Origin: Bifidobacteriaceae bacterium
GTDB taxonomy: Bacteria > Actinomycetota > Actinomycetes > Actinomycetales > WQXJ01
DNA: 40,214 nt
Direction of reading: 5' to 3'
NCBI GenBank assembly: GCA_031255835.1
Contig: JAIRRT010000117.1
Location: forward strand, 1-40,214
Part shown: piece after piece, positions 35,054-40,214 of the stretch
Position numbering within the stretch: position 1 is the first letter of the stretch
Layout: the number at the start of each line of letters is the position of its first letter
Made by a program: the position numbers and the translations under genes
The notes under the pieces: model-generated
What the model saw: the letters and a program-made list of their open reading frames with translations, nothing else
The model's database searches: none
What the model was told of the DNA's origin: nothing

Positions 35054-36664
35054 ATGGATGGGCGGGCGCTGCCGGCGGGGACCGAGTTGGGTGGATACCT
35101 GCTTGGCGAAGTCCTGGGCAGCGGCGGGATGGGGACCGTCTACCGAGCTGTGGACGCCGACGGCGCAACGGTGGCCCTGAAGCTGTTACATCCGGCGCTC
35201 GCGGCTGATCCGGATTCCAGGCGCCGGTTGCGCCGCGAGGTCGAGGTGCTCCAGCGGGTGCGTTGCCCAGGTGTGGCGCGCGTTGTTGACGCTGAAGTCG
35301 AGGGCGCTGAGGCCTTTGTTGTCACCGAGTTTGTTGACGGGCAAACCCTGTCATCCACCGTCGCGGCCGATGGCGTATACGAGGGCGAGGAGCTTGCGGA
35401 ATTGGCTGAAGCCCTGGCCGCCACTTTGAGTGAGGTTCACCGGGCCGGGGTGATTCACCGCGATTTGAAGCCGGGCAACGTGATGATTAGCCCAAATGGT
35501 CCGGTGCTGATCGACTTCGGCATTGCCCAATCGGATGAAGCGACCCGGCTGACTGGCACTGGTTTTGTGATCGGGACACCCGGATTTGTGGCGCCTGAGC
35601 TGATTGCTGGCGGTGAGCCGACCCAGGCCAGCGATGATTGGGGTCTGGCTGCTGCGCTGGCTTTTGCTGCCACCGGGCGAATGCCATTTGGTGAGGGGCG
35701 TTTCGATGTGGTGTTTGGGCGTGTGGCGTCCGGCCGCGCCGATGTTGCTGGGTTGCGCCCGGATGTGGCTGACGCCCTGCTCGCCGCCATGCGCCCCAAC
35801 CCTGCCGACCGCCTGACAGCGTCATCGTTGGCCGCCGCCCTGCGCCACGCCGCCGATGCCGTCCCTCACCATCCCGGCGAGCCCGCAACTTCGCGTCTTG
35901 GCTGGGCTGCGCGGGCCGATGCCGCTCGGTACCACGGCCGGTCCGCCACCGCGCCGACAGAGCTTGACGCCGGCTGGCCTGACACCGGCCCCCCGGCAGC
36001 TGTCAGGCTCAACTCGGGTGGACTTGACGGTCCGGCTGGGTCGGGTGGGCCAACCAGCTACTACGGCCCAGGGGACTATGACGAGTTTGACCCGGACTCG
36101 CCCTGGGCCGATCCCTTGCCACCGCCACGGCGGCGAATCCTGGCCGTGGCCCTTTGGGCGGGACTGTGCGCCACGGCGACGTTCCAGCCAGTGGTGGCGG
36201 GCGGCATCGTCGGAGGGATATTGCTGGTGGGGCGGGCCTATGGGATTGGACTGGACAGTCTGCGGCGCTGGCGGGCAAAGCGGGGTGCGCGGGGCGCGGA
36301 CGGGTTGCGGCTGGTGGTGGCGTCCCCGGCCTATGTGGTGCGGGCCGCGGTTGGGCTGGCGCCGGCGGTGGCGGTGGGCGCGATTCTGGGGGCGTTGGTG
36401 TGGGTGACTTTGCGCTACGGCGTGAAGGCCGATTTCCCGCCTGACCTGGCACTTGGCGTGGGGATCATGGTCGGGACAGGTGCGGTTTGGGCGGTGCCGA
36501 CATCCGAACGGACACGGCGCGGCACGCTCGAGTTGCTGGGCCGCGTGGCCGGGCCGCTATGGCTGCGTCTGGTTGTGGGCACGGTGGCGGCAGCATGGGC
36601 GGCGGCCATAACAGCGAGTTGGCTGGTGGGGGGAGCCGCATGGCCACTGGTCTGGCCTGGGTGA
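35054..36664 (+). CDS. Hanks-type Ser/Thr protein kinase with C-terminal membrane helices
   Basis: LGSGGMGTVY, VALK, HRDLKPGN, IDFGIA, GTPGFVAPE; several C-terminal TM segments; TACGGT -10 lies 7 nt before ATG 35054. Confidence 0.93.
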   Translation: MDGRALPAGTELGGYLLGEVLGSGGMGTVYRAVDADGATVALKLLHPALAADPDSRRRLRREVEVLQRVRCPGVARVVDAEVEGAEAFVVTEFVDGQTLSSTVAADGVYEGEELAELAEALAATLSEVHRAGVIHRDLKPGNVMISPNGPVLIDFGIAQSDEATRLTGTGFVIGTPGFVAPELIAGGEPTQASDDWGLAAALAFAATGRMPFGEGRFDVVFGRVASGRADVAGLRPDVADALLAAMRPNPADRLTASSLAAALRHAADAVPHHPGEPATSRLGWAARADAARYHGRSATAPTELDAGWPDTGPPAAVRLNSGGLDGPAGSGGPTSYYGPGDYDEFDPDSPWADPLPPPRRRILAVALWAGLCATATFQPVVAGGIVGGILLVGRAYGIGLDSLRRWRAKRGARGADGLRLVVASPAYVVRAAVGLAPAVAVGAILGALVWVTLRYGVKADFPPDLALGVGIMVGTGAVWAVPTSERTRRGTLELLGRVAGPLWLRLVVGTVAAAWAAAITASWLVGGAAWPLVWPG

Positions 36665-36741
36665 GGGTTCGCCTGGGGACGCCGAGGCAGCGTTGGAGCA
36701 CGGCACAGCGCGGCGTAGGCGTGCTTGCGGGGTGCCTGGTT

Positions 36742-36969
36742 TCAGACAGCGCCGAAGCCCACGCGGCGTGGTCCTTCTGGGCCGATGTGGACGAATCCGA
36801 TGGCTCCGGCGGGCACTATGGTGACGCGTCCGTGCTCGTCAGTCACCGAGAGGATGCCGGTTGAAACGGACAGGGCGTCGCTGACGGCGGCCTGCAACTC
36901 CTCGGCGGACATGTTGGAGTGGATGGTCAGTTCGCGGCTGAGGTGCTTGATCCCGATGGTGATTTCCAC
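36742..36969 (-). CDS. DUF3107 family protein
   Basis: MEITIGI...RELTI, TDEHGR, IGFVHIG, RRVGFG; usual neighbour of adnAB; TAGTAT -10 lies 6 nt before GTG. Confidence 0.88.
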   Translation of the reverse strand: MEITIGIKHLSRELTIHSNMSAEELQAAVSDALSVSTGILSVTDEHGRVTIVPAGAIGFVHIGPEGPRRVGFGAV

Positions 36970-37000
36970 GCCCCGATACTAGATGGCACGCCGCCTTGAC

Positions 37001-37027
37001 GGCGATGTCGGGGGTCTGTGGTTGGGT
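37001..37027 (+). promoter_or_regulatory. PafBC / RecA-NDp-type promoter of adnA (leaderless)
   Basis: TGTCGG (37006-37011), N10, TTGGGT (37022-37027, one mismatch to TANNNT), N7, GTG 37035; GGCGATGTCGGGGGT is identical to the radA promoter. Confidence 0.7.
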
Positions 37028-37034
37028 ACTGACC

Positions 37035-40000
37035 GTGACACAGAGCCAGCCCAGAGTCGAGGTGACAGGCCGCCGCCAAGCACCGGCAGAGCCAGCCCTT
37101 TGCGCTGAGCAACGTGCAGCTCTGGAGCAGATCGAGGCTGGTGGACCGGTGGCGGTGGCAGGGGCGCCTGGAACTGGCAAGACGGTTTTGGCTGTCGCGG
37201 CGGTGGCTCGGTTGGCGGCGCTGGAGCGGGGCTCTTCTCCGGCAGGGCAACAGTCGGTGTTGCTGTTGGCGCCGACGCGCCGGGCGGCTTCAGCGTTGAA
37301 GATCCGGGTGGATGCGGCAATCGGAGCAACCACAACAGGGGCATCCACCATGACGGCGATGGCGCTGGCCTACGCCATCGGGCGGCGGGCTGCGGTGGCT
37401 CGCGGTGAGCCGCCACCAATCGTGGTGACCGGCGCGGAGCAGGATGCGATCATCGCTGATCTGCTGGCTGGTCACGCTGAGGGCATCGGTGCGCCAGTTC
37501 GCTGGCCGGACTCGGTGCCGCCGGCCACTCGCAGCCTGCGGGCGTTTCGACACGAGCTGCGCGATTTGATGATGCGCGCGGCAGAGCGGCAGATCGGGCC
37601 AGTGGAACTGGATGACCTTGGCCAACGTCACGGCGTAGCCGAATGGCGCGCCACAGCCCAGCTGTACCAGGAGTACCTCGATGTCCAGGCTTTGCGCGGC
37701 TCTGTGGCCCAGTCCGGGGCGCGCTATGACGTGGCGGCGTTGGTTTCCAGTGCAACCCAGGTGCTGCGGGACCAGCCGGACTGGACACCGCCGTGGCGCC
37801 GGATAGTTGTGGATGACTATCAGGAGGCATCCAGCGCCACCCGTGATCTGCTCCACCAACTTGCTGAGCGAGGAGCCCAAGTTGTTGTTCTGGGCTGCCC
37901 CGACATCTGCGTCCAGACCTACCGCGGAGCCAGACCGGAACTGCTGGCTCAGGCAACGGACCGCCCGCCGGTTGGGCTCGGCGCTGAGTTGGTGCGCCTG
38001 ACTGTCAACTGGCGTCAGGTGGACCGGCTACGTCAGGCGACGGCCGGCATCGTCCGCCATATCCGTCCGGGACGGCTCGCAATGGCGGCTCGCGAGACTG
38101 TCCCGCCGCCACCCGAGCCTCCCGGAGCGCCTTCTTGTGCCGACGATGCCGGAACCTCGGCGGTCGCGGTGGCGTTGCCCAGCGCGGCTGAGGAGGCGGC
38201 ATATATTGCCCACGCCCTGCGTTCGGCACATCTGCTTGGTGGGATGCCATGGTCGGCAATGGCTGTGCTGACCAGGTCTTCTGCTGCGGTTGGGCGGTTG
38301 CGGCTCGCTCTAGAGGCGGCGCGGGTGCCTGTCGATGTGCCCGGGATGGAGGTGCCGATCCAAACCGAATCGGCCGTGCGGCCGCTGCTGCGGCTGCTCA
38401 GCATCGTGTCAGGCGAGGGTGAACTGACGCCGGCGGACGCTCATGGGTTGCTGGCCTCGCCAATAGGTGGAATGGACGCGATGTCGCTGCGCAAACTGCG
38501 CCGGGCGTTGCGGGCACAGCAGCTTGACCGGCCGGTGGATGAGCTGATGGTTGGAGTGCTTCAGGATCCTGCAGCAATCCTGGATCTGCCTGGTCCTTTG
38601 CGCCGGCCGGTGGCCCGGTTGGCTGCCGTGCTGGCAGCTGGTGCTGAGGCGGCGGCCGAGCCTGGCACCGATGCTGAGTTGGTGTTGTGGGCGCTGTGGG
38701 AGGCCACCGGTCTGGCCCCCACCTGGCAGGCCATCGCTGTGTCCGGAGGGGCTGGGGCGGCGCGTGCCGATAGGGACCTGGACGCTGTGGGTGCCTTGAT
38801 GGACGCGGCTGGCCGGTATGCCGAACGCAGGCCAGGTGCCAGTCCGGCATCGTTCGCCGAGGCACTGGAATCGCAGGAGGTGCCGGCCGATACGTTGGCG
38901 CCCAATGTCATAGGCGAGAGGATCACGCTGGCAACGGCAGCAGCCGCCATCGGACGCGAATGGGACCTGGTGGTTGTGGCAGGTTTGCAGGAGGGGGTGT
39001 GGCCTGACCTGCGGTTACGCAACACGCTGCTTGGTGCGGGGCGGTTGGCTGACCTGGTGGACGGGCGGGGTGAATCCCTTGATTTGGCCGAGCAGCGTCG
39101 CAGCGTGCTGGATGACGAGCTGCGGTCATTTGCCCTGGCCTGTTCCCGGTCGCGGCGCCGGCTCATCTTGACGTCCGTGGCCTCGGATGAGGAGCGGCCC
39201 TCGGAGTTCTTCGGACTGACCGGCGTTGACGTGGAGCGGGACGGCCAGGGCCGTCCGGTGGTGACCCGGGCGCCGCTGCCAGTTGACCTGCGCGGCCTGG
39301 TGGCTGAGTTGCGAGCCAAAGCCATCCAATCCGACGGTGACTCAACTCGCCTGCTTGCAGCCCTTGCCGAGCGCGGGGTGGCTGGCGCGGCGCCGGACTC
39401 GTGGTCAGGCCTGTTGCCGGTCAGCTCAACCGACCCGCTCTATTTGCCTGGCACCAAGGTTGTCCTGACGCCGTCACGAGTCGAGACGCTGGCGGCCTGC
39501 CCGCTGCGTTGGGCCCTGGATGGGGTTGGTGGGCACGGGCCACCCCAACCTGGTCAGGTGTTGGGCACCATCCTTCACTCCATTGCCGAGACGACAAGGT
39601 CAGCGGATGTCGCTGTCCTTCAGGCGGCGTTCGATGACCAATGGCGTGAACTGGAGTTTGAGGACACCTGGCTGAACCGCCGCGAATACCAACGCGGCCA
39701 GGCGATGGTTGCCCAGCTGGCTGTCTACAACGCCGCCCATTCGGAGCCGATCACCGTTGAGGCGCCGTTCGAGATTGAGGTTGAGGGCGTCACAGTGCGC
39801 GGAAAGATCGACCGGATTGAGCCGGCCACCAGCGGGGCTCCCCTCGGTGGGCCGGAGGCGGGCGTGCCGGGGGCCGGGGATGAGGAGGAGCCGGAGTCGC
39901 CGCGGGGTGAGACGGGTGCCATCCCTGTGCGGGTGGTCGATTTCAAGACCGGCCGGCAGGTGGTCTCGGTGGCCGAGGCCGCCAACAACCCACAGCTCGG

Positions 40001-40214
40001 GGTGTATCAGCTGGCCATCAACCTGGGAGGGCTCGACAAGGAGGTCGGAGCGCCGCTCCGCTCCCAGGGCGCCGGGCTGGTTTACCTGGCCAAAACCTCA
40101 AGCAGCGGGCCAACAATCCGCGGACAACAACCGGTTGGTGACGGCGAAGAGTGGGTGAGACCGATGCTGGCGGACTGTGGCGCTGCCGCAGTTGGGCCGT
40201 CATATGTTGCAGTG
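37035..40214 (+). CDS. adnA: AdnA-like UvrD helicase / PD-(D/E)XK nuclease, truncated at the window end (missing from the ORF track)
   Basis: Frame translated in segments by hand: Walker A GAPGTGKT, VVDDYQE, QTYRGA, GLQEGVWP, ACPLRWAL, RGKIDRIE, VVDFKTG, QLGVYQLA. First and last motifs are in the same frame and the track lists no closed ORF in it. Confidence 0.9.
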   Translation, partial: MTQSQPRVEVTGRRQAPAEPALCAEQRAALEQIEAGGPVAVAGAPGTGKTVLAVAAVARLAALERGSSPAGQQSVLLLAPTRRAASALKIRVDAAIGATTTGASTMTAMALAYAIGRRAAVARGEPPPIVVTGAEQDAIIADLLAGHAEGIGAPVRWPDSVPPATRSLRAFRHELRDLMMRAAERQIGPVELDDLGQRHGVAEWRATAQLYQEYLDVQALRGSVAQSGARYDVAALVSSATQVLRDQPDWTPPWRRIVVDDYQEASSATRDLLHQLAERGAQVVVLGCPDICVQTYRGARPELLAQATDRPPVGLGAELVRLTVNWRQVDRLRQATAGIVRHIRPGRLAMAARETVPPPPEPPGAPSCADDAGTSAVAVALPSAAEEAAYIAHALRSAHLLGGMPWSAMAVLTRSSAAVGRLRLALEAARVPVDVPGMEVPIQTESAVRPLLRLLSIVSGEGELTPADAHGLLASPIGGMDAMSLRKLRRALRAQQLDRPVDELMVGVLQDPAAILDLPGPLRRPVARLAAVLAAGAEAAAEPGTDAELVLWALWEATGLAPTWQAIAVSGGAGAARADRDLDAVGALMDAAGRYAERRPGASPASFAEALESQEVPADTLAPNVIGERITLATAAAAIGREWDLVVVAGLQEGVWPDLRLRNTLLGAGRLADLVDGRGESLDLAEQRRSVLDDELRSFALACSRSRRRLILTSVASDEERPSEFFGLTGVDVERDGQGRPVVTRAPLPVDLRGLVAELRAKAIQSDGDSTRLLAALAERGVAGAAPDSWSGLLPVSSTDPLYLPGTKVVLTPSRVETLAACPLRWALDGVGGHGPPQPGQVLGTILHSIAETTRSADVAVLQAAFDDQWRELEFEDTWLNRREYQRGQAMVAQLAVYNAAHSEPITVEAPFEIEVEGVTVRGKIDRIEPATSGAPLGGPEAGVPGAGDEEEPESPRGETGAIPVRVVDFKTGRQVVSVAEAANNPQLGVYQLAINLGGLDKEVGAPLRSQGAGLVYLAKTSSSGPTIRGQQPVGDGEEWVRPMLADCGAAAVGPSYVAV

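Noticed and set aside
36839-40203. Apparent gene-poor region filled with short ORFs
   Set aside because: Explained by the stop-less adnA frame starting at 37035, which the ORF caller omitted.

Overview
High-GC actinobacterial chromosomal segment (Micrococcales-like, inferred from gene content), with no rRNA, tRNA, CRISPR array, integrase or transposase visible. Left to right: a Phd/VapB-VapC toxin-antitoxin pair; a minus-strand hypA-hypB-glycerate kinase-serine hydrolase run; a ferrochelatase; an Rv3587c-like membrane protein; a 14.8-kb gene for a ~4,930-aa sortase-anchored adhesin; nitroreductase, mntH and a 2-hydroxyacid dehydrogenase; a second hydrogenase-maturation block (hypC-like, hypE, hypC, hypD); a GT-C-like membrane protein; ilvD-disA-radA; a Ser/Thr kinase; DUF3107; and an AdnA helicase-nuclease gene that runs off the end and is absent from the ORF track. 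Main observations: (1) the adhesin has a CshA-NR2/GEVED-like head on a stalk of ~32 invasin-type Ig domains arranged as a 14-domain, ~4.7-kb super-repeat present twice; (2) intact hyp genes are split into two blocks 20 kb apart, with no hypF or hydrogenase in view; (3) ~24.7 kb separates the normally adjacent disA and Rv3587c-like genes; (4) radA and adnA share an identical 15-mer containing a PafBC/RecA-NDp promoter motif. All family calls come from motif recognition by eye, not database searches.
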